This document shows, one piece after another, positions 1 to 9,372 of a stretch of DNA of 64,000 nucleotides. The position numbers and the translations under genes were made by a program. The DNA lies in contig JAICJI010000007.1 in assembly GCA_025928515.1 (NCBI GenBank), positions 1,335 through 65,334 of the forward strand. Direction: 5' to 3'. The notes under the pieces are model-generated. The model was given only the letters and a program-made list of their open reading frames with translations. It did not search any database and had not been told where the DNA came from. Numbering within the stretch: the stretch's first letter is position 1; every line of letters begins with the position of its first letter. This stretch comes from Thermoleophilia bacterium. Its GTDB lineage: Bacteria > Actinomycetota > Thermoleophilia > Gaiellales > Gaiellaceae.

Positions 1-128
1 GTCAAGGCAGATCGCTCGAGATGAAGAGCCTTGGTCGCCGCGCGGAACTCGAGGTCGGGCGCGCCGTCGAACACGGAGCCGATGTCTTCCAGATCCGCCT
101 TGAGGTTCCGGAGCGTGAACGCCACCAC
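1..128 (-). CDS. cupin-like protein, N-terminal fragment (gene runs off left edge)
   Basis: Not in the ORF track because it lies at the edge. The minus-strand frame from GTG 128 (or 125) reads VVAFTLRNLKADLEDIGSVFDGAPDLEFRAATKALHLERSAL, with mostly G/C third positions. An in-frame TAG at 137-135 bounds the start. The N-terminus resembles small cupin_2 proteins (from memory). Confidence 0.4.
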   Translation of the reverse strand, partial: MVAFTLRNLKADLEDIGSVFDGAPDLEFRAATKALHLERSAL

Positions 129-148
129 GCAATCCTAGGTCGCGCTGA

Positions 149-574
149 TCAGGCGTCGAGAACGATCGTGACCGGCCCGTCGTTCACGAGCTCGAGCTCC
201 ATCTTCGCGCCGAAGGTGCCCGTCTCCACCGGCACGCCGAGAATACGCAACTCCGAGCAGAAGCTCTCGTAGAGCGGCTCGGCCTCGTCGGGCGGTGCGG
301 CCTCGGCGAAACTCGGCCGGTTGCCCTTCGCCGTGTCCGCGATCAGGGTGAACTGCGAGACGACGAGCACAGCGCCCGCGACGTCCGCGACCGAGCGGTC
401 GAATCGCCCCTCACCGTCCGGGAAGATCCGCAGCGTGGCGACCTTGCCTGCGAGGCGCGCCGCCTCCGCCTCCCCGTCGCCGCGGGCGACGCCGAGGAGC
501 ACGCACAGGCCGCGGCCGATCTCGCCGCCCGGCGAGACCCGGGCGCGCGAGACCCGTTGCACCACCGCCCTCAA
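149..574 (-). CDS. dtd: D-aminoacyl-tRNA deacylase
   Basis: This is the last 141 codons of track ORF 149..1258: (L)[12 protein letters not shown]...[21 protein letters not shown]...[17 protein letters not shown], typical of Dtd. The start is taken as TTG 574, equivalent to the canonical MRAVVQRV. The upstream part of the long ORF is Arg/Pro-rich artefact. Confidence 0.85.
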   Translation of the reverse strand: MRAVVQRVSRARVSPGGEIGRGLCVLLGVARGDGEAEAARLAGKVATLRIFPDGEGRFDRSVADVAGAVLVVSQFTLIADTAKGNRPSFAEAAPPDEAEPLYESFCSELRILGVPVETGTFGAKMELELVNDGPVTIVLDA

Positions 575-588
575 CTCGTTGCACGCAC

Positions 589-942
589 CTAGTCGAGCTC
601 GCGGATGCGCTCGCGGTACTGCGCCGAGTCCGGCTGGAGCGAGCTCGCCAGCTTGTAGTGCCGGTTCGCCTCGCGGTCCCGTCCCTGCTTCTCGAGGGAG
701 CGGCCGAGCGCGTAATGCGCGTAGTCGTTGACCGGCGAGATCTCGAGCACCGCGCGGAACTCCGCCTCGGCCTCGCTCCAGCGCCGGATCCGGAAGTACG
801 CGATCCCGAGCGCCTCTCGGATCGAGGCCTTGTCGGGCTCTCGCCGCTTTGCCTTCTCCAGCGCGACGGTGGCCTGTGCGGCCATGCCCGCCCGCAGGTG
901 ACGGCGGCCTCGCTGGAAGAGGCTGTAGGTCGATTCGCTCAT
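589..942 (-). CDS. tetratricopeptide-repeat protein
   Basis: 117 aa with TPR-like helical repeats ([53 protein letters not shown]). Its start overlaps the stop of the upstream transglutaminase gene by 4 nt. Confidence 0.6.
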   Translation of the reverse strand: MSESTYSLFQRGRRHLRAGMAAQATVALEKAKRREPDKASIREALGIAYFRIRRWSEAEAEFRAVLEISPVNDYAHYALGRSLEKQGRDREANRHYKLASSLQPDSAQYRERIRELD

Positions 943-3287
943 GCGGCATCGGCGGGGGCGACGGGACGCGTGAGCGAGCGAAGTGAGAGCAGGCCGCGGA
1001 GCCGCTCGCGCAACGTGAGCCCGCGGCGCGCGGACTCGAGCAGGGCCCGCAGCTCCCGCCGTGCGGTAAGGGCTCCGGCCGCGGCCGCCTCAGGTGGGCC
1101 GAACCGGGCAGCGGTCGCCGAGGCCACGAATGCTTCCGGTCGCACGCCGAACTCGCGGTGCAGCAGCTCGCCGAGATCGCCGAGGGTCGCGCTGCGCGGC
1201 GCCTCGATCCGCTGATCGACGAGGAACGCGGTGAGCTCCTGCCGGCAGGCCGCGGCAACTCCGCGCGGGTCGCGGCGGACGCTGCGCGTCATGCGGAACC
1301 CGACCTTCGTCAGCACGATCGCTCCGACTGCACCGGCGAGCACCGCGAGCAGGAGCAACACCAGCCGGCTGCGATCGCCGCCGCGTCTGCTCCCGTTGCC
1401 GAGGCTGCTGTCCGAAGCCTTCCCCGAGCCGTGAACGCGGCGGCGCGAGCCGACTCCGTTCGTGTCTCTGAGCTTCGTCTCGACCGGCGACGTGTCGCTG
1501 CCGGCTCCGCCCTTCGACTGCCGGGGCGTCGGCGTCGAGCCGGCGCCCGTCAGCCCGGCATCCGCGCCGGCCTGGTTCAGACGCGGCGCGGCACCGCGAG
1601 CGGCCGGCGTCGGATCGAACGGAACCCAGCCGTAACCCTTGAACCAGACCTCGACCCACGCGTGCGCCTCGCGGTCGCTGACGTTCCAGAGGTGCTGCTT
1701 CGGATCGTAGGCCCCGCCGGCGAAGCCGACGGCAACCCGGGCGGGAATGCCGAGATAGCGGAGCATGAGCGCCATGGCGCCCGCGAAGTACTGGCAGTAG
1801 CCGGCATGCGTGTTGGCCACGAACCCGACGAGCGCCGGCGACGTGTGGGTCGGGTGGTTCGAGTAGCGGAAGATGCCGGAGGAGAGGAACCAGTACTCGA
1901 GGCGCGAGACGGCTCCGTACGGAGTGCCCGCACCGCCGGCCACCCGCTCGGCGAGACGTGCGAGCGGCAGGTACGCGCGGAGCGCGGGGTCCAGGCGAAC
2001 GGTCGTCAGCATCCGCTCCGCACGACCCCGGGTGCCGAAAGGCTGCGGCGCGTAGCCGACCGGGAGGTCGACGTCCAGCATCCCCTCGTCCGCGAGCTCC
2101 GCGGGGTATCTCGCCGGCGCGCGGCGTAGGGCGGCCGCGCTCGGCCGGGCTGTGTAGCTCCAGACCGTGTACCGGAAACCGTGCGGAAGGTTCTGATTCA
2201 GGGCCGCAACCCCCGGCTCCCGCACGAGCTGCACCCCGGCGGGGACCTGATAGCGGATCGGGATGCTGCCGCCAACGAGGTGCGAGTCGGCGAGCGCATT
2301 CACCGTCACGACCTCGCTCGTCTGGTTCTTCCGGTTCAGAGCAGCCGACGGCTCGAGCGCGTCGCTCGGTCGAGGCGTGCCGACTCCCCACGCGTCGTTG
2401 CCCTTGAAATCGTCGAGCACCGCCGCCCGCAGGTAGGACGGCGGCTTGTCCGACTGCACCTGGAGGACGGTGGTCTGATGGCCCGACCACTTGAGGCCGC
2501 CGTATTGCGCGTTCCAGACGAACCCGATGTCTTCGGGGCCTGTGGCGACGTGCGCGAGATTCCACGTCTGCCAGTGCACGAGCCCATGCCGCGCAGCGGT
2601 CGCGGAGCCGACGGCAACGGCCGCGATCGCCACGACCGCGGCCGACGGGAGAGCGAGCGCGGGCACGCGGCGCGAGCCGAGCCCGGCCAGCACGACGAGC
2701 AGGGCACCGAGGATCGCTGCGCCCATGGCGACTCCGTGCGACGGGCCGAGGAGAGTCGCCGGCCAGCCTGCGCCCAAGAGGAGAGCGAGAGCCGCTGCGA
2801 CAGGCTTCCGCGCGGCCACGAGCAGGGCGATCCCGAGTGCGAAGACGAAGATGGCCGAAAGCACGAGCTCGGTCATCGCGACGTGCACGCGTGGATCGAA
2901 CGGGAGATGGGTGCCGTAGAAGTCGTCGAAGCCGGTCCCGAAACGCGTCCCGAAGGTGGAGAACGCATGTGCGAGACCGAAAGCCGAGCCTGGGTGGTCG
3001 AGGCGCCACGGGACGAGCACGATGCCCACGGCGATCCGGGCCGCAGCGACCGTCGCGACCACTACGGCTGCGACGCGGAGCCAGCGGTGGCGAGGAAGGG
3101 CGGCCGCAAGCGCCGGGCCGAGGAGCGCGAGCACGCGCCAGAAGGACGACAGCGGCTGCTCGAGGCGCAGCCAGGCGGCCGTGACGACGGCGAGCGCGGG
3201 CACGCAAACCGCGACCGTGCGCGCCGCGCTACGCACGCGCCACTGCCTTCGCGACGTTCGCTCCGCCCAGCGCGGTCGCGAGCTCAT
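939..3287 (-). CDS. transglutaminase-domain membrane protein (TgpA-like)
   Basis: It has a multi-TM N-terminal half, then the transglutaminase core [26 protein letters not shown]...[24 protein letters not shown] (Cys/His/Asp motif), and one more TM helix near the C-terminus. The start is set at ATG 3287 (MSSRPRW). GTG 3236 is an alternative, and the track start at 3644 overlaps DUF58. Confidence 0.8.
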   Translation of the reverse strand: MSSRPRWAERTSRRQWRVRSAARTVAVCVPALAVVTAAWLRLEQPLSSFWRVLALLGPALAAALPRHRWLRVAAVVVATVAAARIAVGIVLVPWRLDHPGSAFGLAHAFSTFGTRFGTGFDDFYGTHLPFDPRVHVAMTELVLSAIFVFALGIALLVAARKPVAAALALLLGAGWPATLLGPSHGVAMGAAILGALLVVLAGLGSRRVPALALPSAAVVAIAAVAVGSATAARHGLVHWQTWNLAHVATGPEDIGFVWNAQYGGLKWSGHQTTVLQVQSDKPPSYLRAAVLDDFKGNDAWGVGTPRPSDALEPSAALNRKNQTSEVVTVNALADSHLVGGSIPIRYQVPAGVQLVREPGVAALNQNLPHGFRYTVWSYTARPSAAALRRAPARYPAELADEGMLDVDLPVGYAPQPFGTRGRAERMLTTVRLDPALRAYLPLARLAERVAGGAGTPYGAVSRLEYWFLSSGIFRYSNHPTHTSPALVGFVANTHAGYCQYFAGAMALMLRYLGIPARVAVGFAGGAYDPKQHLWNVSDREAHAWVEVWFKGYGWVPFDPTPAARGAAPRLNQAGADAGLTGAGSTPTPRQSKGGAGSDTSPVETKLRDTNGVGSRRRVHGSGKASDSSLGNGSRRGGDRSRLVLLLLAVLAGAVGAIVLTKVGFRMTRSVRRDPRGVAAACRQELTAFLVDQRIEAPRSATLGDLGELLHREFGVRPEAFVASATAARFGPPEAAAAGALTARRELRALLESARRGLTLRERLRGLLSLRSLTRPVAPADAA

Positions 3288-4446
3288 CTCCCTGCCGCAC
3301 GACCGCGATCGGCACCCCGACCGCCTGCAGGCGAAGGAGATCCGGCTCCCGTCGACGCTCGGCCCCGAGGAAGCTCTCGGGCTCGACGTAGACGAGCGCC
3401 ACAGCCCGGCGCGTGAGCGCGCGCTCGAGCAGGCGGTCGACGAGCGACCGCTCGATGCTGGACGTGACGACCACGAGCTCGAGAGACCGCACGGCTGTGC
3501 TTTCCGCCGACTTGAGCAAAGAAGACGCCGGGCCCCGGGCGTCAGGCTCGGCCGCCGCGAGCAGCTCGAGCGCACGCTGCCATCCCGGCCCGTCCGACGA
3601 CACGGCTTGGGTCTCCCGGCCGGCGGTATTGAGCACGAGCACACAGCGCCGCCCCCGCCGGATTTGCGCCAACAGGATCGAGCCGGCGACGCGCACGGCG
3701 ACGTCGAAGGACGAGTTCGGCGACGAGCCGGCCACCGTGCCGGGATCTCCGTCGAGCAGCACGGCGACCTCGTCGCGCGGGGAGTCCTCGAGCTCCTTCA
3801 CCATCAGCGACCCGCGGCGTGCAGTCGAGGGCCAGTGGACGCGCCGGAGCGACTCGCCCTGCTGGTAGTCACGGACGCTGTGCAGATCGAACCCGACGGG
3901 TCGCCGCAGGAGAAGCCGCCGCCCGTGCTCGGGTCCGGCGCCGCCGTCGAAGAAGATCCGTTCGAGCTCGACGAGGCGCGGATAGACCATGAGCGCCTGC
4001 TGCTCCTCCAGCGCCAGCCCCGCTTCCGCGAGGCCGAACGGATCCGAAATCGAGAGGCGCACCGGTGCAAAGCGGTGCCGCCCACGCGGCACGTCGCGAA
4101 GCTCGTAGGAGCCCGCGTAGCGGCCGTGCCCGCGGGACCGCAGCTCGACCTCGGCGGCACGCAGCCGGCCGACCTGCTCGTGCGCGACGACGTTCGGCAG
4201 CGGCAACCCCGGCTCGCGGGCGAGCACGAGCTTGACGGTCACGTCGTCCCGCTCGAAGAGGTTCCGGCCGGGCCAGAGGCGGCTCACGTGCGGTTGCCGC
4301 AGCGTGATCCGCACCCAGGCGAGCGCGAGGGGCACGGCGAGGACGAGACCGGCCGCGACCGGATAGAGAGCGGGCGAGCCGAAGACGATCGCGACGATCC
4401 AGCAGAGGACGCCGAGTGCCAGTACCGCTCGACCCCGGGCGGTCAT
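3229..4446 (-). CDS. DUF58 (vWA-like) protein
   Basis: Two N-terminal TM helices followed by the DUF58 signature DYQQGESLRRVHWPSTARRGSLMVKELEDS. It follows the MoxR gene with a 1-nt overlap. Confidence 0.8.
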   Translation of the reverse strand: MTARGRAVLALGVLCWIVAIVFGSPALYPVAAGLVLAVPLALAWVRITLRQPHVSRLWPGRNLFERDDVTVKLVLAREPGLPLPNVVAHEQVGRLRAAEVELRSRGHGRYAGSYELRDVPRGRHRFAPVRLSISDPFGLAEAGLALEEQQALMVYPRLVELERIFFDGGAGPEHGRRLLLRRPVGFDLHSVRDYQQGESLRRVHWPSTARRGSLMVKELEDSPRDEVAVLLDGDPGTVAGSSPNSSFDVAVRVAGSILLAQIRRGRRCVLVLNTAGRETQAVSSDGPGWQRALELLAAAEPDARGPASSLLKSAESTAVRSLELVVVTSSIERSLVDRLLERALTRRAVALVYVEPESFLGAERRREPDLLRLQAVGVPIAVVRQGDELATALGGANVAKAVARA

Positions 4447-5399
4447 CAGACCGGGACCGGCGTGTGCGCGAGCGCGTCCTCGATGAGCGCGACCGGGCCG
4501 AGCGCGGCCGAGCGCGCCTCCGGCGCGAGGATGAGGCGATGGGCCAACACGGGTGCTGCGACGGCCTTCACGTCGTCGGGCGTGACGTAATCGCGCCCGT
4601 CGGCAAGCGCGCGCGCCTTCGCCACTCGCAGCAACGCGATCCCGGCACGCGGGCTGGCTCCGAGGTACAGCCGCGAGTCGCTGCGCGTCTGCCGCAGGAG
4701 CGCGACGACGTAACGGCCGAGGCTCTCCTCCACGTAGATCGCGCGCGCGCTCTCGACGAGCCGGAGCACGTCCGCCGCGTCGGCAACCGCGGGCAGGGAG
4801 GCCAGCGGTGGCTCACTTGTCTGCTCGTCGAGCATCCGCGCCTCTTCCGCGAGCGGCGGGTAGCCGAGCGAGAGCCGCATGGTGAATCGGTCGAGCTGCG
4901 CCTCGGGCAGCGGATACGTGCCCTCGTACTCGATCGGGTTCTGGGTCGCCATCACCATGAACGGCGGCTCGAGCGGGTAGGTGACGCCGTCGACCGACAC
5001 CTGCCGCTCCTCCATGCATTCGAGGAGTGCCGCCTGCGTCTTGGGCGACGCGCGGTTCACCTCGTCGACGAGCAGGAGGTTCGCGAACACGGGGCCGGGA
5101 CGGAACTCGAACTCGTTTTGCTGCTGGTTGAAGACGTTGACGCCCGTGACGTCCGACGGCAGCAGATCCGGCGTGAACTGGAGGCGCGAGAAGCGGCAGT
5201 CGAGTGACCGCGCGAGCGCCTTGGCCAGCATCGTCTTGCCGACGCCTGGGAAGTCCTCGATGATCGCGTGCCCTTCCGCGACGAGACAGAGAACGACGAG
5301 CCGCAACGTGTCGTCCGGCGCGTGCACGACGCGGCCGAGGTTCTCGACGATCGTCGAGATGAGCCTGCCGGGAGCCGGTTCGACTGCGCGCTCAGCCAT
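4446..5399 (-). CDS. MoxR-family AAA+ ATPase
   Basis: Walker A GVGKTMLAKALARSL, then FSRLQFTPDLLPSDVTG, Walker B LLLVDEVNRASPKTQAALLE and VMATQNPIEYEGTYPLPEAQLDRF. Confidence 0.9.
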   Translation of the reverse strand: MAERAVEPAPGRLISTIVENLGRVVHAPDDTLRLVVLCLVAEGHAIIEDFPGVGKTMLAKALARSLDCRFSRLQFTPDLLPSDVTGVNVFNQQQNEFEFRPGPVFANLLLVDEVNRASPKTQAALLECMEERQVSVDGVTYPLEPPFMVMATQNPIEYEGTYPLPEAQLDRFTMRLSLGYPPLAEEARMLDEQTSEPPLASLPAVADAADVLRLVESARAIYVEESLGRYVVALLRQTRSDSRLYLGASPRAGIALLRVAKARALADGRDYVTPDDVKAVAAPVLAHRLILAPEARSAALGPVALIEDALAHTPVPV

Positions 5400-6552
5400 C
5401 TAGCAGCAGCGCCTCCACTTCGTCGAGGATTACGGCGGCGATCTCCTCCTTCGGAGCCTTCGCCACGGTCCGCTCGGTTCCGGCCGCAAGGAGCGTCACC
5501 TCGTTCTCGTACGCGTCGAAGCCGATGTCGGTTCGCGAGACGTCGTTGAGGACGAAGAGGTCCGCTCCCTTGCGGGCGAGCTTCTCTCGCGCGCGCTCGA
5601 GGCCGGTTGCTCCCGTCTCGGCGGCGAAGCCGACGAGGATCTGGCCGTCGTGGCGGTGCTCGCCGAGGGCCGAGAGCACGTCCGTGGTCGGCTCGAGCTC
5701 GAGGGTCCACGCCGCTTTGTCCTTCGGCCGCTTCGCCGCGAGCGCCTCGGCGGGCCGGTAGTCCGCCACAGCCGCAGCCATCACAATGACATCGGCCTCG
5801 ACCCCGCGACCGAGCGCCTCGCGCTCGAGGTCGGCTGCGGTAGGCGTCTCGACGAGCTCGACTCCGGCAGGCGCCGGCACCGCGAGGTTCGCGGCGAGCA
5901 AGGTCACCACCGCGCCGCGTCTCTGCGCCCCGGCGGCGAGCGCCACGCCCATCCGGCCGGACGAGCGGTTGCCGACGAAACGGACCGCGTCGAGCGGCTC
6001 CCGAGTGCCGCCGGCGGACACGAGGACGCGCTTGCCAAGCAGCGGGCCCGTTCCCATGAGGAGGTTACGAGCGGCGTCGAAGATCTCGTCCGGCTCGGCC
6101 ATCCTCCCCACTCCGAGCTCTCCCTCCGCCGTCTCGCCCTCGTCCGGGCCGACGAGGACGACGCCGCGCTCACGGAGCGTCGCGGCGTTCGCACGAGTTG
6201 CGGGATGCGCCCACATCCGCGGGTTCATCGCCGGCGCGACGAGCACCGACCCGCGATGCGCGAGCGCGGCCTCGGCGAGGACGTTGTCAGCCAGCCCGTG
6301 CGCGAGCTTGGCCAAGGTGTTCGCCGTGCACGGCGCGACGACGAGCAGATCGGCGCGCGTGAGGTGGAGGTAGACGTCGTCGCCGGGCGGCCGCCGCGCG
6401 AGTGCGCGAAACGTCTCGGCCGTGACGAAGCGCTCGGCGCCAGGAGTGACGAGCGGGACGACGTCGTGGCCGTCCTTCACGAGCAACCGGCACAGCTCAC
6501 ATGCCTTGTAGGCGGCGATGCCACCTGTCACGCCGAGAAGGACGCGAGCCAT
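5392..6552 (-). CDS. coaBC: bifunctional phosphopantothenoylcysteine decarboxylase / phosphopantothenate-cysteine ligase
   Basis: N-terminal flavoprotein domain VLLGVTGGIAAYKACELCRLL and C-terminal DFP domain (FVGNRSSGRMG, AAAVADYRP). Conserved position after rpoZ. Confidence 0.93.
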   Translation of the reverse strand: MARVLLGVTGGIAAYKACELCRLLVKDGHDVVPLVTPGAERFVTAETFRALARRPPGDDVYLHLTRADLLVVAPCTANTLAKLAHGLADNVLAEAALAHRGSVLVAPAMNPRMWAHPATRANAATLRERGVVLVGPDEGETAEGELGVGRMAEPDEIFDAARNLLMGTGPLLGKRVLVSAGGTREPLDAVRFVGNRSSGRMGVALAAGAQRRGAVVTLLAANLAVPAPAGVELVETPTAADLEREALGRGVEADVIVMAAAVADYRPAEALAAKRPKDKAAWTLELEPTTDVLSALGEHRHDGQILVGFAAETGATGLERAREKLARKGADLFVLNDVSRTDIGFDAYENEVTLLAAGTERTVAKAPKEEIAAVILDEVEALLLDG

Positions 6553-6609
6553 GCCGAAATGATGCCTACCCGCCGCAGGAGTGGTAGACGCGCGGGTGCC
6601 GGGCGCCGG

Positions 6610-6840
6610 CTAGGCCGTGTAGTCGTACTTGAGCATGCCCTGGGAGGTCTCCTCCAAGGCCATGGTCAAATAGTTCTTCGACCGGCTCTCGACGAGCGGC
6701 GGCAGGTTGTCGCCGAATGTGCCCTCGCCGAGCTGGTGGTGGTAGTTGTTGATCTGCCGGGCGCGCTTCGCCGCCACGATCACGAGCGCGTAGCGCGAGT
6801 CCACATTCTTCAGCAGGTCGTCGACACGAGGTTCGATCAT
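6610..6840 (-). CDS. rpoZ: DNA-directed RNA polymerase subunit omega
   Basis: 76 aa containing NVDSRYALVIVAAKRARQINNY. It follows gmk with an overlap. Confidence 0.9.
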   Translation of the reverse strand: MIEPRVDDLLKNVDSRYALVIVAAKRARQINNYHHQLGEGTFGDNLPPLVESRSKNYLTMALEETSQGMLKYDYTA

Positions 6841-7430
6841 CGCCGCGGCATGGTAGCTGCGGGAGTCATGAGGCTGCGGACGAGGTCGGTCAGCTTCGCG
6901 ACGGCCAGGTCGAGGTCGTCGTTCTCGATCACATGGTCGAACTCGCCGGCCTGCTCGAGCTGCTGCCGCGCGAGCTCGATCCGCTCTCCGATCTCACCGG
7001 CGCTCTCGGTCGCCCGCTCGCGGAGGCGCCGCTCGAGCTCGTCGACCCGCGCGGAGATGAAGATCGTCACGGCTCCCGGCACCCCGTGCTTGACGCGAAG
7101 GGCTCCTTCCGTCTCGAGCTCGAGCAGCGGCACGTGGCCGTTGGCGGCGATCCGCTCGAGCTCGGAGCGAAGCGTCCCGTAGCGGTGGCCCGAGACGTAC
7201 TCGACGTGCTCGAGGAACTCGCCACGCGCAACGCGCTCGAGGAAGTCCTCGTCGGTGAGGAACCAGTACTCCCGGCCGTCCTGCTCCCCGCGCCGCCGGT
7301 CACGTGTCGTGGCCGAGACCGTCACCTCGATTCCGGGCACGCGGTCGACGAGCTCGCGGATCAGCGTCCCCTTGCCGGCGCCCGACGGACCCGTGACGAC
7401 GAGCACCGCCGGCATCCGACCGTCCACCAC
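6837..7430 (-). CDS. gmk: guanylate kinase
   Basis: P-loop GPSGAGKGT, then SATTRDRRRGEQDGREYWF and HRYGT. Confidence 0.93.
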   Translation of the reverse strand: MVDGRMPAVLVVTGPSGAGKGTLIRELVDRVPGIEVTVSATTRDRRRGEQDGREYWFLTDEDFLERVARGEFLEHVEYVSGHRYGTLRSELERIAANGHVPLLELETEGALRVKHGVPGAVTIFISARVDELERRLRERATESAGEIGERIELARQQLEQAGEFDHVIENDDLDLAVAKLTDLVRSLMTPAATMPRR

Positions 7431-7762
7431 TAGCGGCTGTTGAAGAGCCCGATGAGCTCTGCGCGCTGGCGGTCAGACAGCCCGCCGACGGTCTTCGACT
7501 GGCTGATCCGGCAGGTGTTGAGGAATCGCGCGGCCTTCACGCGCCCGAATTTCGGCACGGCCATGAGGATGTCGATGACCTTCGCCGTCGAGACGTACTC
7601 GGGCGGGTTAGACAGGATCTTTTCGATCTTGACCGTGCCCTCTTTGAGGTCCTTCTTGAGCTTCGCGCGCTTGACGCGGACGTCGTTCGCGCGTTTGAGG
7701 GCGTCCATCCGCTGGTCGAGTGAACGGAGCGGAGCATGCGCCTGCGTCTTGGTCGGACTCAC
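7430..7762 (-). CDS. mihF: actinobacterial integration host factor mIHF
   Basis: 110 aa with ALKRANDVRVKRAKLKKDLKEG...VIDILMAVPKFGRVKAARFL...GGLSDRQRAELI. It sits in the mihF-gmk-rpoZ-coaBC order known from Mycobacterium. Confidence 0.85.
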   Translation of the reverse strand: MSPTKTQAHAPLRSLDQRMDALKRANDVRVKRAKLKKDLKEGTVKIEKILSNPPEYVSTAKVIDILMAVPKFGRVKAARFLNTCRISQSKTVGGLSDRQRAELIGLFNSR

Positions 7763-7795
7763 GGCCGGCCGATCTTACCAATGCATCCGCTCGCT

Positions 7796-8650
7796 TCAAG
7801 CCGGGACTTTTCGCTCGGTTTCCGGGCTTTTTGCCAGGCTCCTCACGTCGTCCGGAGTGGCAACGCCTGCCTCGGCGCAGGCGGCAGCGAGCTCGGCACG
7901 GACCCGCGCGGGTGCCCCGGGGTCGGAGAACAGGACCGTTCCGAGGGCAACGTCACGCGCTCCGCAGGCGGCGAACTCGAGCGCGTCGCGGCCGGATTCG
8001 ATCCCACCCATGCCGACGATCGGCAGGCCCGTGGCCTCGTGGCAGACGCTCACCGCATGGAGCGCGATCGGCTTCAGCGCCAGGCCCGAGAGGCCCCCGC
8101 TGCCGCGCGCGAGCGCCGGGCGAAGGTGCTTGTCGAGCGCGACGGCCCGCAGCGTGTTGATGAGCGAGAGGCCGTCCGCTCCGGCCGCAGCGACGGCGCG
8201 GGCAACCTCCGCGACGTCGGGGTGCGCAGCCGATAGCTTCGCGTACAGAGGCAGCTCGGTCGCGCGTCGGCACGCGGCAACGATCTCCGCCGCCGAGTCG
8301 GCGGCCTCGTCGACGTTCGGGCACGAGAGGTTGAGCTCGACCGCCTCGATGTTTGCAAGACCCGAACATGTCTCGGCGTAGTCGGCCGCGCAGAAGCCGC
8401 CGACGCTAACCCAGAGCGGAACCCCCAGTTCGCGCAGCCTCGGCAGGTGCTCCGCGAGGAAGCGCTCGCGGCCCGGGTTCGCGAGGCCGATCGCGTTGAG
8501 CATCCCGTGCGCTGTCTCCGCTATCCGAGGGGGTGCGTTGCCCTCACGAGGCAGCGGCGTGACGGTCTTCGTCACGAACGCGTCGAGCTGCCGCGCGACC
8601 TCGGGCGCGGCGAGAGCGTCGAGGCAGCCGCTCGCGTTGAGGATCCTCAC
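7796..8650 (-). CDS. pyrD: dihydroorotate dehydrogenase, class 1B catalytic subunit
   Basis: Contains LNAIGLANPG, NLSCPN and GMGGI motifs. The GTG start forms a GTGA overlap with the pyrK stop. Confidence 0.9.
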   Translation of the reverse strand: MRILNASGCLDALAAPEVARQLDAFVTKTVTPLPREGNAPPRIAETAHGMLNAIGLANPGRERFLAEHLPRLRELGVPLWVSVGGFCAADYAETCSGLANIEAVELNLSCPNVDEAADSAAEIVAACRRATELPLYAKLSAAHPDVAEVARAVAAAGADGLSLINTLRAVALDKHLRPALARGSGGLSGLALKPIALHAVSVCHEATGLPIVGMGGIESGRDALEFAACGARDVALGTVLFSDPGAPARVRAELAAACAEAGVATPDDVRSLAKSPETERKVPA

Positions 8651-9372
8651 GCCTCGGCACCTTGTAACAACTTGTTACTAGCACGCACTTTCGTCACACG
8701 TGCCGCGTCGAGAACCGGGCCTTCGAGACAGAGCCGCTTCAGCGCGCCGTCGATCTCGACCACGCAGCCGTAGCAGGCGCCGTAGCCGCAGGCCATCCGC
8801 GCTTCCCACGCGAGCTGTGCGGTCGGGCACAGCGCGGCGACGGCGTGGAGCATCGGCTCCGGCCCGCAGGCCATGACGTCGTATCCCGGCTCGATCAGCT
8901 CCGTGACGAGAACGGGGTCGACGACGACCTCCGAGCCGGGGAGAAGCGCCGCCGCCTCGGCATGCTCGTCGCTGCGGAAGCCCAGGAGCGCGGGCGGCGA
9001 GCCCCCGAGCTGCTCGGCGAGATACGGCAGCGGCGCGATACCGATCCCGCCGCCGACGAGCAGCGGCCGCTCGACGTCGAGCCGGTAGCCGTGCCCGAGC
9101 GGGCCGAGAACGTGGATCTCGTCGCCGGGCCCGAGGGCACACAGTGCTTCCGTCCCCGGCCCGATGGGGTCGACGAGGAACGCAAGCTCGCCGGGCGGCG
9201 CGAGGCAGAGCGAGAACGGCCGCGGCAGGAGCCGGCCGGGAGCCTCGAGCATGAAGAACTGCCCCGGAGCGCCGGGCTCGAGCTCGCCGCGCTCGAGGCG
9301 CAGCAGCGTGTATGGCCCGACCCACTCGGAGCCGGTGACTCTATGCCGACTGGGTGAGACCGAGCTCGGCAT
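8647..9372 (-). CDS. pyrK: dihydroorotate dehydrogenase electron-transfer subunit (FAD/[2Fe-2S])
   Basis: GQFFML and GGGIGIAPL motifs, plus a C-terminal cluster motif [11 protein letters not shown]. The start is taken at ATG 9372 (MPSSVSP), which overlaps the carB end by 32 nt; the track start at 9444 is less likely. Confidence 0.85.
   Translation of the reverse strand: MPSSVSPSRHRVTGSEWVGPYTLLRLERGELEPGAPGQFFMLEAPGRLLPRPFSLCLAPPGELAFLVDPIGPGTEALCALGPGDEIHVLGPLGHGYRLDVERPLLVGGGIGIAPLPYLAEQLGGSPPALLGFRSDEHAEAAALLPGSEVVVDPVLVTELIEPGYDVMACGPEPMLHAVAALCPTAQLAWEARMACGYGACYGCVVEIDGALKRLCLEGPVLDAARVTKVRASNKLLQGAEA
8664..8682. repeat. exact 19-nt AT-rich repeat containing a 7-1-7 palindrome (copy 1)
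   Basis: The sequence gtaacaacttgttactagc is identical to 33578..33596. GTAACAA-C-TTGTTAC is a perfect inverted repeat. It lies in the last codons of pyrK (ASNKLLQ), 14-32 nt upstream of the pyrD start. Confidence 0.9.

Noticed and set aside
1090-3416. Several long alternative-frame ORFs (1090..3207 minus, 2181..3416 plus, 2956..4590 plus) overlapping the transglutaminase and DUF58 genes.
   Set aside because: All are Arg/Pro/Ala-rich with no TM or catalytic motifs. The chosen frames carry the TgpA Cys-His-Asp core and the DUF58 signature.
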